64,000 nucleotides of DNA from an uncultured Acidimicrobiaceae bacterium. Its GTDB lineage: Bacteria; Actinomycetota; Acidimicrobiia; Acidimicrobiales; UBA8190. Shown in pieces: positions 43,752-56,861 of this stretch. Positions within the stretch are counted from its first letter, which is position 1, and the number at the start of each line of letters is the position of its first letter. The translations under genes were made by a program, and so were the position numbers. The notes under the pieces are model-generated. The model made no database searches. It had not been told where the DNA came from and saw only the letters and a program-made list of their open reading frames with translations. The stretch covers positions 413,243 through 477,242 of the forward strand of contig CAWKDG010000001.1 in assembly GCA_963848355.1 (NCBI GenBank), read 5' to 3'.

Positions 43752-43890
43752 GAAAAATTCTCCAAGCCCTCGGCCGATTAGTACCGGTCGGCTGAACACG
43801 TTGCCGTGCTTACACCTCCGGCCTATCAACGTGGTCGTCTAGCCACGGGCCTTACCAGGTTGTCCTGTGGGAGACCTCATCTTGGAACGA

Positions 43891-43922
<32 letters not shown>

Positions 43923-44064
43923 CATCCGTAGGTCGCTAACCAGCCATGCCCTTGGCAGGACAACTGGCACACGAGAGCTACGTCCGTCCCGGTCCTCTCG
44001 TACTAGGGACAGCCTTCCTCAGGTCTCCTACGGCTGCATCGGATAGGGACCGAACTGTCTCACG

Positions 44065-44438
44065 CATGAACTCCCGTATTACTACGGGCATAGACTATAC
44101 CTTCACCCTATTTCTAGGGGCCGGCGTGTCATGGCGTCCGTGAAAGTTGGCGATTACCAACCGTTAATGACGCCATCCCCTCGCTGTGGCTAGCGAGGAA
44201 GTCGTTACAGGGGCACAACACTCCCATGCTACGCAGATGTCGCTCAACATCTGCGGCGAAAATCCGCTTCGTTTTCCGAATAGTTTAGGGCTGCAAAAAC
44301 GCCAGCTTTCTGACGCTTTCCTTGTGTTGGCCTTCCCTCGGTATTGCCCTGATAAGACGTTCGGTTGTCTTGTTCAGGGTTTCACCGATATGAGCCGGTG
44401 TGCACTCAGAAATTACTCTCTGAGGACGCAGTGACACT
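44065..44438 (-). mobile_element. Group I intron, ORF-less, inserted after E. coli-numbering U2593 (L2593)
   Basis: Exon junction GGGTTTAGAACGT|…374 nt…|CGTGAGACAGTTCGG. The insertion follows a U and ends in G. It has an IGS candidate GCGU, a P2-like hairpin CTCAGA…TCTGAG, GAAGGTATAGTC 28 nt from the 3' end, and a terminal hairpin CCCGTA-GTAA-TACGGG. Confidence 0.8.
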
Positions 44439-44461
44439 ACGTTCTAAACCCAGCTCGCGTA

Positions 44462-44497
<36 letters not shown>

Positions 44498-44498
44498 G

Positions 44499-44544
<46 letters not shown>

Positions 44545-44762
44545 TCCCGTCGATATGGACTCTTGGGGAAGATGAGCCTGTTATCCCCGGGGTACCTTTT
44601 ATCCGTTGAGCAACGGCGCTTCCACAAGCCACCGCTGGATCACTATGCCCTGCTTTCGCACCTGCTCGACTAGTAAGTCTCGCAGTCAAGCTCCCTTGTG
44701 CCATTGCACTCGACGGCTGATTGCCAACCAGCCTGAGGGAACCTTTGGGCGCCTCCGTTACG

Positions 44763-44795
<33 letters not shown>

Positions 44796-45080
44796 ACCTG
44801 ACGCTGTTCCCGATCCGGATTACGGACCTGGGTTAGGGCCCCGGCACGAAAAGGGTGGTATTTCAAGGTTGTCTCCACCTCGGCTGGCGCCGAAGCTTCA
44901 AAGACTCCCACCTATCCTACACAATCCGTACCAAAGCTCAACATCAAGCTGCAGTAAAGGTCCACGGGGTCTTTCCGTCCTGATGCAGCTAACGAGCATC
45001 TTTACTCGTACTTCAATTTCGCCGGGTCTGTGGTTGAGACAGTGGGAAAGTCGTTACGCCATTCGTGCAGGTCGGAACTT

Positions 45081-45880
<800 letters not shown>

Positions 45881-46394
45881 CCCGTTACCCCCATATCGCT
45901 ATGAGGCGTGGACCATATCTTCATCCACCCGGCTTCACGGGTGGAGCTCTGCGTATGGCCTCTGAGGATTCCTCATCCCTCAATACGTCGGGGACTTAAC
46001 CCCGTCATACAGTCGCCTTCCGCTCCGGTGTCATTCGTCCTTTATGCGAAGGTTCGAACGATACCGACATGCGTCGACGAGCTGACTGGCAGACGAACGC
46101 TTTGATCGCGGCAAGCCGCGATCACGCTCTCGGTGGATTGGGACGCTGAAGCTTCCCTCTCCATCGACGATTCCGACGATCCAGTTCCCAGATCGTTGGA
46201 ATCGATCAAACCAGTATGAGGAACCAGGTCTTTCCTGCTGATTGTCCGCACCGGACGGATTGTCACTCACCATGTCACTCCCCTATTTGGGGTGTCACAA
46301 CATGGCGAGTACCGCCGGATACTCGGGGTTTCCAGCATATAGCAGAGTTTGTTCCAGACAGTTACCCGTCTGGAGCCGCAACTGTGTGCATTTT
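45881..46394 (-). mobile_element. Group I intron with a decayed LAGLIDADG ORF, inserted after U1911
   Basis: Exon junction AAACGGCGGCCGT|…514 nt…|AACTATAACGGTCCTAAGG. Only this register gives a 5' exon U plus a terminal G. It has an IGS candidate GCGGCU (6 bp with GGCCGU), the P2-like hairpin CCAGAC…GTCTGG, GAAGATATGGTCC 29 nt from the 3' end, and a hairpin with a GCGA loop. Confidence 0.75.
46031..46273 (-). pseudogene. Truncated LAGLIDADG homing endonuclease remnant
   Basis: 80-aa ORF with WIVGIVDGEGSFSV, then a premature stop. The remaining intron space is too short for a full ~150-aa enzyme. Confidence 0.65.
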
Positions 46395-47298
46395 ACGGCC
46401 GCCGTTTACCGGGGCTTAGGTTCACAGCTTCGCCCGAAGGCTAACCGTTCCCCGTAACCTTCCGGCACCGGGCAGGCGTCAGAGCGTATACATCGTCTTA
46501 GGACTTCGCACGCTCCTGTGTTTTTAGTAAACAGTCGCTTTCCCCTATTTTCTGCGGCCCCCTCAGGCTCAGGACGCGAAGTCCTTCACCCTGGCGGGGC
46601 CCTCCTTCTCCCGAAGTTACGGAGGTATTTTGCCGAGTTCCTTAACCACAGTTCTCCCGATCGCCTTGGTATTCTCTACCCGCCCACCTGTGTCGGTTTG
46701 GGGTACGGGCACCATGTCAGCTCGCTAGAGGCTTTTCTCGGCAGCATGGGATTAGTGACTTCGCCTGAACGGCTCGGCATCGCGTCTCAGGATTAACGGG
46801 GTCCGGATTTGCCTAGACCCCTCCCTACACGCTTACCCCAGGACAACCAACGCCTGGGCTCACCTACCCTCCTGCGTCCCCTCTTCGCTATCCGCCACGG
46901 GATCGGTCGGTTCGGCCCGAAGGCCAGCCCCTTAGGAGTCCCATATTGGATTGGGCGCGGACACGGTGGTGCTGGAATATCAACCAGCTGTGCATCGACT
47001 ACGCCTCTCGGCCTCGCCTTAGCTCCCGACTCACCCTGGGTGGATTAGCCTTCCCCAGGAACCCTTGGGCTTACGGCGGAGGGGTTTCTCACCCCTCTCT
47101 CGCTACTCATACCAGGATTCTCACTCGAACCCGCTCCACGACGGTTCACACCCCCGCTTCACGGCTGAGTTCGACGCTCCCCTACCACTCCTACCCGTAA
47201 TTCCTGAAGCGGCACCGCAAGCGGTACGTCTTCAGGCGGAATAGAAATCCGCAGCTTCGGCTTTTGGCTTGAGCCCCGTTACATTGTCCGCGCAGGAC

Positions 47299-47346
<48 letters not shown>

Positions 47347-47987
47347 GAGCCAACCTCCTGGCTGTCTTTGCGTTCCCACATCGTTTTCCACTTAGCCAAA
47401 AATTTGGGGCCTTAGCTGGCGGTCTGGGCTGTTTCCCTTTCGACCAACGAAGCTCATCCCTCGTGGTCTCACTGCCGGGCTCTGGAGCATCGGCATTCGG
47501 AGTTTGATTGGGGTCGGTAAGCTTGTAGGCCCCCTAACCCATTCAGTGCTCTACCTCCGATGCTGAACGCCCGACGCTGCACCTAAATGCATTTCGGGGA
47601 GAACCAGCTATCACCGAGTTTGTTTGGCCTTTCACCCCTATCCACAGGTCATCCCCCCTGTTTTCAACCAGGGTGGGTTCGGCCCTCCACGGGGTCTTAC
47701 CCCCGCTTCAGCCTGCCCATGGATAGATCACTCGGCTTCGGGTCTACCACATGCGACTGTACGCCCTATTCAGACTCGCTTTCGCTCCGGCTCCCCCTCT
47801 CGGGTTAACCTCGCCACACACGGTAACTCCCTGGCTCATTCTTCAAAAGGCACGCCATCACGGCCGGCGTAGGCCCACGTGGCGGTCCCATCTCACCGAA
47901 GTGAAACGAGACACGCGTGAGTGGGCGCCGGCGACGCTTTGACTGATTGTAAGCCAACGGTTTCAGGTACTATTTCACTCCCCTCCC

Positions 47988-48021
<34 letters not shown>

Positions 48022-48710
48022 CCGCTATCGGTCGCCTGAGAGTACTTAGCCTTACGAGGTGGTCCTCGCAGATTCACACCGGCTTTCCCGGATCCGGCGC
48101 TACTTGGGAAATCCAACTGGAGATCTCTAACCCTTCGCGTACGGGGTTCTTACCCTCTGTGACGTGGTGTTCCAAACCACTTCTGCTGAGTTGAGATTTT
48201 GTAACTCCATGACGGGTCTGGTGCCCCATCTGTCGGCTCCCACGACCCCGAACTGGCAACGCCACCAGGCTTGACACCAGTTCGGTTTAGGCTCTTCCCG
48301 TTTCGCTCGCCGCTACTCAGGGAGTCGCTGTTGCTTTCCTCTCCTCGGGGTACTGAGATGTTTCAATTCCCCCGGTTCCCTCTCCCGGTGCTATGTGTTC
48401 ACACCGGAGTGACACCCCATGACGGGTGCCGGGTTTCCCCATTCGGACATCCACGGATCGAAGCTTGGTCGGCAGCTCCCCGTGGCTTTTCGCAGCCTCC
48501 CACGTCCTTCTTCGGCTTCAGGCGCCTAGGCATCCACCGTTGGCTCTTTGTAGCTTGGAGAACAAAGATGCTCGTGCTCGCTATGGAATTCTCAAGGGAC
48601 GCGCGGCGCCCCGGCAGCGAGAAATCGAGCTGGGGGCAGGCCGAACGGATACGCGAGCGGCCGACCGCCTAAAAGAGACGATCGGCATCGCGACGGAAGT
48701 GACGATGTCA

Positions 48711-48733
48711 CTCCCTCAAAACGGAATAGTGAG
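48711..48733 (-). other. Spacer half of the 16S processing stem (pairs with 50592..50614)
   Basis: ctccctcaaaacggaatagtgag against the reverse complement of ctcactattccgttttcaaggag. About 20 of 23 positions are complementary, flanking the 16S on both sides. Confidence 0.6.
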
Positions 48734-48884
48734 GTCCAGCTCCCCTCCGCGACCCGGAACACGGGGCCGGCCGGGCATGTCCCCGAAAGGACACGGGCGG
48801 ACGGCAGCCGCCGGGAAACGAAAGAAAGCCGAATAACCAGTGATCGACTAGGAAGTCCCTGGCCCCAATGGCCAGGAAATGACT

Positions 48885-50413
<1,529 letters not shown>

Positions 50414-50688
50414 GAGATCTTCGCCACCCACCCGAAGGCGATGTCGAAAATCGGAGAGCCGGTTCGGGTCTAGCTACCCCTCACCGACTGGCACAGCACA
50501 GATTGTTGTCCGTGACAGTGCTTAATTACTTAGGTTCAACTGTGTGGCACGCCGAAGCGAGCCGCGCAGTTGCCCGCACTGGCTTTTGGCTCTCACTATT
50601 CCGTTTTCAAGGAGCGACGCGACACTCACCACTTACTGAGGCGTTGGTGCCGGATTCCCGCGATTGGTTGCCCGACCGGGGGATCGTC

Positions 50689-50717
50689 ATGGTACCCGCA
50701 GTGACCTGGGGTGTCAA
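50689..50717 (-). promoter_or_regulatory. Candidate rrn promoter TTGACA-17 nt-TACCAT with an upstream A-rich tract
   Basis: The minus-strand reading is GGAAAAAGAAGTCCCAGACGACATTGACACCCCAGGTCACTGCGGGTACCATGACG, about 275 nt upstream of the 16S 5' end. Confidence 0.5.
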
Positions 50718-50814
50718 TGTCGTCTGGGACTTCTTTTTCCGGTCCCGACCGGCGCTTTTCCCCTGGTTCCGGGCACTACCCGGCCGACGGGGGCACCGAC
50801 CTGACAACCGCAGT

Positions 50815-51507
50815 CTACGCCTCGCGGGGTCGGCCGCGTTCCGGGGCCGCCGCCCGCCGCGCCCCGGCGGTGCCCGCCCTCCTGGGACCGGACGGGCCCG
50901 GCCGCCCCGGCGACACGTGGGGATCCCCCGGCACCCACCACCGCCAGGGCCGATCGGCGGCCCGGCGGATGCCGATCCGGCCCGAGACGCCCGGCTCCCC
51001 CGGCGGGAGCACCCCGTCGTCACACAGGAGGAGACCGCGGTCGCCGCTCACCAGGTCGGCCCCGTCCTGGGGTCGGGCGATGCCGAAGGCCTGGCAGAGC
51101 TTGGCCGGGCCGTTCGTCAGGTTGCGGTCGGTCGTGCCCACCGGACGCGCCCGGCGCATCACGGACAGGCCCGACACCGGCGCCAGGGCCCGCAGCAGCA
51201 CGGCGTGCCCCGTGCCCTCCGGTCCGCAGACGGCGTTGGCGCACCAGTGCATCCCGTAGGTGAAATAGACGTAGAGGTGGCCGGGGGGGCCGAACATGGT
51301 GGCATTGCGCTTGGTGGGGCCCCCGTAGGCGTGGGAGGCCGGATCCTCGCTCCCCCGGTAGGCCTCGACCTCGACGATGCGGCCCACCCGCGTCCCACGG
51401 ACGAGGAGCTTGTTCAACAGCAACGGGGCGATGGCGACGGGGTCGCCGGCATAGAAACGACGGGGCAGAACCACACCGGGGCGACGTCGGGTCGCCCCGG
51501 TCCTCAC
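50815..51507 (-). CDS. mpg: DNA-3-methyladenine glycosylase (Mpg/AAG family)
   Basis: From GTG 51507 (GTGA overlap with argH): …FYAGDPVAIAPLLLNKLLV…EVEAYRGSEDPASHAYGGPTKRNATMFGPPGHLYVYFTYGMHWCANAV…. Confidence 0.8.
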   Translation of the reverse strand: MRTGATRRRPGVVLPRRFYAGDPVAIAPLLLNKLLVRGTRVGRIVEVEAYRGSEDPASHAYGGPTKRNATMFGPPGHLYVYFTYGMHWCANAVCGPEGTGHAVLLRALAPVSGLSVMRRARPVGTTDRNLTNGPAKLCQAFGIARPQDGADLVSGDRGLLLCDDGVLPPGEPGVSGRIGIRRAADRPWRWWVPGDPHVSPGRPGPSGPRRAGTAGARRAAAPERGRPREA

Positions 51508-52997
51508 GATCCGGAGCTCCGACGCTTCTGTCCGCGGCCGGTCGGCGCACCGGGAGGTCCCGAGCCCGTCGGCGGTGCGTCGTGGCCACCGACGGCGCGG
51601 GGAGCGGAGGCGGCGTCGAGGGCGTGGGCCACCCGCTCGCGGTCGAGCTCGATGCGGTGGCCGAAGCGCTCGGTCTGCACGGCGACGGGTCCGGGACCGG
51701 CACCGCCGGGAGAGGTCCGACGGGTGACGGCCACCCCGGACTCGAGCAGGAACAGGGCGTCGGTCCCGAGGGCCGGGTGGGCCTGGACCAGCTCGGCCAG
51801 GGGCACGCCCCGTTGCAGCGAGTCCCGGACGAGCGATCCGACGATGGAGTGCGCCTGCCGGAAGGGGACGCCCCGTTCGACGAGCCACTCGGCCAGGTCG
51901 ACGGCCGCCGCCGGCGCGCCGTCGGCCGCCGTCCGCATCCGCTCGGTGTCGAACTGGGCCGTGGCCAGCATCCCCGTCATGGCCACCAGGGCGCGGCTGA
52001 TCTGGTCGACGGCGTCGAACAGAGGCTCCTTGTCCTCCTGGAGATCGCGGTTGTAGGCGAGGGGCAGGCCCTTCAACGTGGCCAGCATCCCCGCCAGGTG
52101 CCCGATCAGGCGCCCGGCCTTCCCCCGCGCCAGCTCGGCGACGTCGGGGTTCTTCTTCTGGGGCAGCATCGAGCTCCCGGTGGCGTAGGCGTCGTCCAAC
52201 GTGACGAAGCCGAACTCCTCGCTCGACCACAGGACGAGCTCTTCGCCGATCCGGGACAGATGGACACCGAGCAGGGCCAGGTCGAAGAGCGCCTCGGCCA
52301 CGAAGTCGCGGTCGGAGACGGCATCGAGCGAGTTCTCGAAGCGGCCGGCGAAACCGAGGTCGGCGGCGACGGCGTCGGGATCGAGGCCGAGCGACGACCC
52401 GGCCAGGGCGCCGGCGCCGAGCGGACTCACGTCGAGGCGGACGACGGTGTGCATGAGCCTGTCCACGTCGCGCGCCAGGGCCCAGGCGTGGGCCAGGAGG
52501 TGGTGGGCGAAGAGGACCGGTTGGGCGCGCTGCAGATGTGTGTAGCCGGGAAGATAGGCGTCGCCGGCCTCGACGGCGCGATGGCTCAACACCTCCTGGA
52601 GGCCGATGATCTGCCGGGCCACGAGGAGCAGCTCACGGCGCGTGTAGAGACGGAGGTCGGTGGCGACCTGGTCGTTGCGGCTGCGACCGGTATGGAGCTT
52701 GGCCCCGACGTCGGCGGCGATCTCGGTCACGCGGCGCTCGACGGCGGTGTGGATGTCCTCGTCCTCGGTCCGGAAAACGAAGGACCCCGAGGCCAGCTCC
52801 TCCTCGACCCTCTCGAGCGCCGCCAGCAACGTGGCCACCTCGGCATCGTCGAGGACGCCGGCGCGGCGCAGGCCCCGGACATGGGCGCGCGACCCGGTCA
52901 GGTCGTCGGCCGCCAGGCGCCGGTCGAAGGGGAGGCTGACCGTGAAGGCCATCACCTCGTCGGCCGTCCCGCCGAGCCGTCCTTCCCAGAGGGTCAC
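51504..52997 (-). CDS. argH: Argininosuccinate lyase
   Basis: 497 aa. MTLWEGRLGG…, fumarate-lyase signature GSSMLPQKKNPD. Confidence 0.95.
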   Translation of the reverse strand: MTLWEGRLGGTADEVMAFTVSLPFDRRLAADDLTGSRAHVRGLRRAGVLDDAEVATLLAALERVEEELASGSFVFRTEDEDIHTAVERRVTEIAADVGAKLHTGRSRNDQVATDLRLYTRRELLLVARQIIGLQEVLSHRAVEAGDAYLPGYTHLQRAQPVLFAHHLLAHAWALARDVDRLMHTVVRLDVSPLGAGALAGSSLGLDPDAVAADLGFAGRFENSLDAVSDRDFVAEALFDLALLGVHLSRIGEELVLWSSEEFGFVTLDDAYATGSSMLPQKKNPDVAELARGKAGRLIGHLAGMLATLKGLPLAYNRDLQEDKEPLFDAVDQISRALVAMTGMLATAQFDTERMRTAADGAPAAAVDLAEWLVERGVPFRQAHSIVGSLVRDSLQRGVPLAELVQAHPALGTDALFLLESGVAVTRRTSPGGAGPGPVAVQTERFGHRIELDRERVAHALDAASAPRAVGGHDAPPTGSGPPGAPTGRGQKRRSSGS

Positions 52998-54230
52998 GGG
53001 GAGACGTCCCCCCGATCGCCACCGTCTCCGACGCTCGGCGTCGCTCCACCCTGACGCGCCGCCCAGGTGGCCACGCCCAGGCCCCAGAGGCGGACGAAAC
53101 CCTCGGCGTCGGCGTGCTCGAAGGTGTCCGAGGCGTCGTAGGTGGCGAGACCGTGGTCGTAGAGCGACAGTGGACTACGTCGGCCCGACACCGTGCAGCT
53201 CCCGGGGGCGAGCGAGAGACGGACCTCGCCCGTCACCGACCGCTGGGTGGAGGCGAAGAAGGCGTCGAGGGCGTCCTTGAGCGGCGAGAACCAGAGGCCG
53301 TCGTAGACGAGCTCGGCCCACCGCGGTTCGAGTCGGGCCTTCTCGTGGGCGACGTCGCGCTCGAGGGTGATGTCCTCCAGGTCGGAGTGGGCCAGGATCA
53401 GGGCCAACGCCGCCGGGCACTCGTAGATCTCGCGGCTCTTGATCCCGACGCGCCGGTTCTCCACCATGTCGATCCGGCCCCAGCCGTAGCCGCCGACGAG
53501 CGCCGCCACCTCGGCGATGAGATCGGGCAGCGCCAGGGCCCGACCGTCGACGGTCACCGGCAGCCCCGCCTCGAAGCCGAGAACGACGTCACGCGGTGTC
53601 GTGTGGACCGGTCTGGTCAGGGCGTAGACGTCGGCCGGCGCCTCGGCCCACGGGTCCTCGATGACCCCGCACTCGATGGCGCGGCCCCAGAGGTTCTCGT
53701 CGATCGAATACATCTTCTCCTTCGTCGCCTCGATGGGGATCCCGTGGGCGGCGGCGTAGTCGACGCAGTCGGCGCGCGACATTCCCCAGCGCCGCGCCGG
53801 GGCCAGGATCTCGAGATCGGGGGCCAGGGCGCGGCGTCCCCACCTCGAAACGGACCTGGTCGTTGCCCTTGCCCGTACAGCCGTGGGCCACGGCATCGGC
53901 GCCGTGGCGACGCGCCTCGGCCACCAGGTGGCGGACGATCACGGGGCGCGACAGGGCGGAGACGAGCGGGTACTTCCCCTCGTAGAGGGCGTTGGCGGCG
54001 ATGGCGCGCGCCGCGAACTCACCGGCCATCTCGGCCCGGGCGTCGATGACGATCGATTCGATCGCCCCGGCCGAGAGCGCCCGCTGTCGGATCACCTCGA
54101 AATCGCCGCCCTGGCCGACGTCGACGGCCACCGCCACCACCTCGAGGCCGAGCTCCTCCTGGAGCCAGGCCACCGCCACCGATGTGTCGAGGCCCCCGCT
54201 GTACGCGAGCACCACGCGCTTCGCCATCAC
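52994..54230 (-). pseudogene. argG: Argininosuccinate synthase, frame broken once
   Basis: The N-terminal part (ORF 53589..54230: [15 protein letters not shown]…[15 protein letters not shown]) and the C-terminal part (ORF 52994..53896: [21 protein letters not shown]…) lie in frames offset by +1. Removing one C from the run at 53838-53841 gives [19 protein letters not shown]. Confidence 0.85.
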
Positions 54231-54715
54231 CGCGCTCCGTTCTCTGTCGTCATCCCGATCACCTCGGCGAGACGCGTGGCCACCACCGAGCCGCCCGGCT
54301 CCTCGGCCGCCACGACGAGCACCGTATCGTCACCGGCCACCGTCCCCACCACACCTTCGAAACCGCACCGGTCGAGGGCGGACCCGACCACATGGGCCGA
54401 CCCCGGCGGCGTGCGCAGCACGACCAGGTTGGCCGAGTGGGCCACCTCGACCACCCATTCCCCGAGGACACGCCGGAGGTGGTCCTCGGGCGCGACCTGG
54501 TGGACGGGGAGTTCGGGGAGGGCGTAGACCGACTCACCGCCGAGGACCCGCACCTTCACCGCTCCCATCTCCTCGAGATCGCGTGACACCGTCGCCTGCG
54601 TGGCCTCGACGCCGTCGTCGGCCAGCAGCGTCACCAGTTGGCCCTGGCTGGCCACCGCGTTGCCCTCGAGCAGGCGGGCGATGCGGTACTGCCGTTGCTG
54701 CTTGCCCAGCTTCAC
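54227..54715 (-). CDS. argR: Arginine repressor
   Basis: From GTG 54715 (GTGA overlap with argF): [54 protein letters not shown]… and C-terminal [12 protein letters not shown]. Confidence 0.85.
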   Translation of the reverse strand: MKLGKQQRQYRIARLLEGNAVASQGQLVTLLADDGVEATQATVSRDLEEMGAVKVRVLGGESVYALPELPVHQVAPEDHLRRVLGEWVVEVAHSANLVVLRTPPGSAHVVGSALDRCGFEGVVGTVAGDDTVLVVAAEEPGGSVVATRLAEVIGMTTENGAR

Positions 54716-55668
54716 GTCGCCACCGACGACCCCGGACCGAGCAGCCAACCGAGGAGACCGCGCATGGCGTGCATCCGGTTGGTCGCCTGTCGCCACACAC
54801 GGCTGCGGGGCCCGTCGATGACCGCCGCCGAGATCTCCTCGCCGCGATGGGCCGGGAGACAGTGGAGGACCACGGCGTCGGGAGCGGCGCCGGCCAGGAG
54901 ATCGTCGTCGACGGTGAATCCGGAGAACGCCTTCAGGCGGAGCTCGGCCTCGTCCTCCTGCCCCATCGACGTCCAGACATCGGTGTAGACGGCGTCGGCT
55001 CCGGCCACCGCCTCGGCCGGGTCGGTGGTGACCTCGATGTCCCCCCCCAGTCGGGTCACGCGGTCGACGTCGTCGGCATCGGGTCCGTACCCGTCGGGCG
55101 CGGCGGTGCGGAAGGCCATCCCGACCATGGCCGCCCCGAGGGCGAGCGAGCGCCAGACGTTGTTGGCGTCACCGACGTAGGCGAGGGTCCGGCCACCGAG
55201 GTCGCCGAAGACCTGCCGCAGCGTCAGGAGGTCGGCGATCACCTGGCAGGGGTGGGCCCGGTCCGAGAGGAGGTTGACCACGGGCACGGTGCCATCCCCG
55301 TCGGCACCGCCACCGTCGGCGCGGGGGCCGTCGAGGGCGCGCACCATGCGCCCGAGCACCTCGTGGTCGAGGACCCGCGCACAGATCACGGCGTGGTAGC
55401 AGGCGAGCGTCCGGGCCACGTCCTCGGCCGTCTCGCGGGTGTCGATGCCCACCTCGAGGCCTTGGATGTAGACGGGATGGCCGCCGAGGGCCACCACGCC
55501 CAGCTCCGTCGAGGAGCGGGTCCGGGCCGAGGGCTTCTCGAAGAGCAGGGCCGCCCCCCGCCCGGCCAGCACCGGTGCCGCTGCCGCCGCCGGCTGCGAA
55601 GCCAGGGCCAAAACCTCCTCGAGCTCGGCGCACGAGAGGTCGTCGACGTCGAGGAAGTGACGGGTCAC
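54712..55668 (-). CDS. argF: Ornithine carbamoyltransferase
   Basis: 318 aa with FEKPSARTRSS (STRT-type motif), HPCQ and HCLPAHRGEE. Confidence 0.9.
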   Translation of the reverse strand: MTRHFLDVDDLSCAELEEVLALASQPAAAAAPVLAGRGAALLFEKPSARTRSSTELGVVALGGHPVYIQGLEVGIDTRETAEDVARTLACYHAVICARVLDHEVLGRMVRALDGPRADGGGADGDGTVPVVNLLSDRAHPCQVIADLLTLRQVFGDLGGRTLAYVGDANNVWRSLALGAAMVGMAFRTAAPDGYGPDADDVDRVTRLGGDIEVTTDPAEAVAGADAVYTDVWTSMGQEDEAELRLKAFSGFTVDDDLLAGAAPDAVVLHCLPAHRGEEISAAVIDGPRSRVWRQATNRMHAMRGLLGWLLGPGSSVAT

Positions 55669-56861
55669 GACAGCACCGAGCCCAGAATGGCCACCGCTTC
55701 GTCGATCTCGGCGTCGGTGACGAGCAGCGAGGGGGCCAGCCTGATCGTGTCCGGGCGCGGTGCGTTCACCACCAGCCCGGCGGCCAGGGCCGCCGCCGTC
55801 ACGGCCACGGCCCGGTCACCGTCGAGGACGGCACCGAGCAGCAGACCCTGCCCGCGCACCGCGGTCACGCCGTCGAGTCCTTCCAGGGCGGCGGTGAGCC
55901 GGGCGCCGGCCCGGACGGCGCGGGCGGGGACGTCCTCGGCCTCCATCACGGCCAGGGTCGCCGCCGCCGCCGCCGCCGCCAGCGGCTGTCCACCGAAGGT
56001 GGAGCCGTGGTCCCCCGGTCCGAAGGCGGCCGCCACCTCGGCGCGCGCCCAGCAGGCCCCGATGGGGACACCGTTGCCGAGCGCCTTGGCCATCGTGATC
56101 ACGTCCGGCATCACCGCCGTGTGCTGGAAGCCGAACCAGCGTCCCGTCCGTCCGAGGCCCGTCTGGACCTCGTCGGCCATGAGGAGGATGGCGCGCTCGT
56201 CGCACAGGGCGCGCACTGCCGCCAGGTAGTCCGACGACGGCACGATCACCCCCGCCTCCCCCTGGACCGGTTCCACCAGGACGGCGGCCACCCGGGCCGG
56301 ATCGCACGCCGCGTCGAGCGCGTCGATGTCGTCGTAGGGGACGTGCTCGAAGCCCTCGGGCAGCGGCGCGAAGGGAACGTGCTTGGCCGGTTGACCGGTG
56401 GCGTGGAGCGTGGCCAGCGTCCTCCCGTGGAACGAGTCCCACGTCGAGACGACGACGTGACGACCGGGGCCGGCCCACTTGCGGGCCAGTTTGATGGCGC
56501 ACTCGTTGGCCTCGGCCCCGGAGTTGGTGAAGAAGACCTGTCCCCCGGCCCGCTCCTCTCCGCCGCCGATCAGCCGGTCGAGGGTGGCCGCCACCCCCGG
56601 TCCGACGACGTTGCCGAAGAGGTTCGAGACGTGCAGCAGTGTCCGCGACTGCTCGGCCAGCGCTTCGGCCACCGCCGGGTGGGCGTGGCCGAGCGAGGTC
56701 ACAGCCAGGCCCGAGAGGAAGTCGAGATAGCGACGGCCCTCGGTGTCCCACAACACCGTGCCCTCGCCGCGGACGAACGTCACCGGGGGCTCGGGGTAGG
56801 TGTGCATCAGCGCGCTGCGGTCGAGGGCGCCGGTGACCGGTGCGTGCGTGGTGCGGGTCAT
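55665..56861 (-). CDS. argD: Acetylornithine aminotransferase
   Basis: From ATG 56861: MTRTTHAPVTGALDRSALMHTYPEPPVTFVRGEG…; class-III aminotransferase; ADEVQTGLGRTG. Confidence 0.9.
   Translation of the reverse strand: MTRTTHAPVTGALDRSALMHTYPEPPVTFVRGEGTVLWDTEGRRYLDFLSGLAVTSLGHAHPAVAEALAEQSRTLLHVSNLFGNVVGPGVAATLDRLIGGGEERAGGQVFFTNSGAEANECAIKLARKWAGPGRHVVVSTWDSFHGRTLATLHATGQPAKHVPFAPLPEGFEHVPYDDIDALDAACDPARVAAVLVEPVQGEAGVIVPSSDYLAAVRALCDERAILLMADEVQTGLGRTGRWFGFQHTAVMPDVITMAKALGNGVPIGACWARAEVAAAFGPGDHGSTFGGQPLAAAAAAATLAVMEAEDVPARAVRAGARLTAALEGLDGVTAVRGQGLLLGAVLDGDRAVAVTAAALAAGLVVNAPRPDTIRLAPSLLVTDAEIDEAVAILGSVLS

Noticed and set aside
44186-44434. 82-aa + strand ORF inside the L2593 intron as a possible intron-encoded protein
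   Set aside because: It is on the strand opposite the rRNA transcript and has no endonuclease or maturase motif. I treat the intron as ORF-less.
50815-52230. 471-aa ORF read as a single protein
   Set aside because: Only the last ~230 aa (from GTG 51507) match the 3-methyladenine glycosylase family. The rest overlaps argH out of frame.
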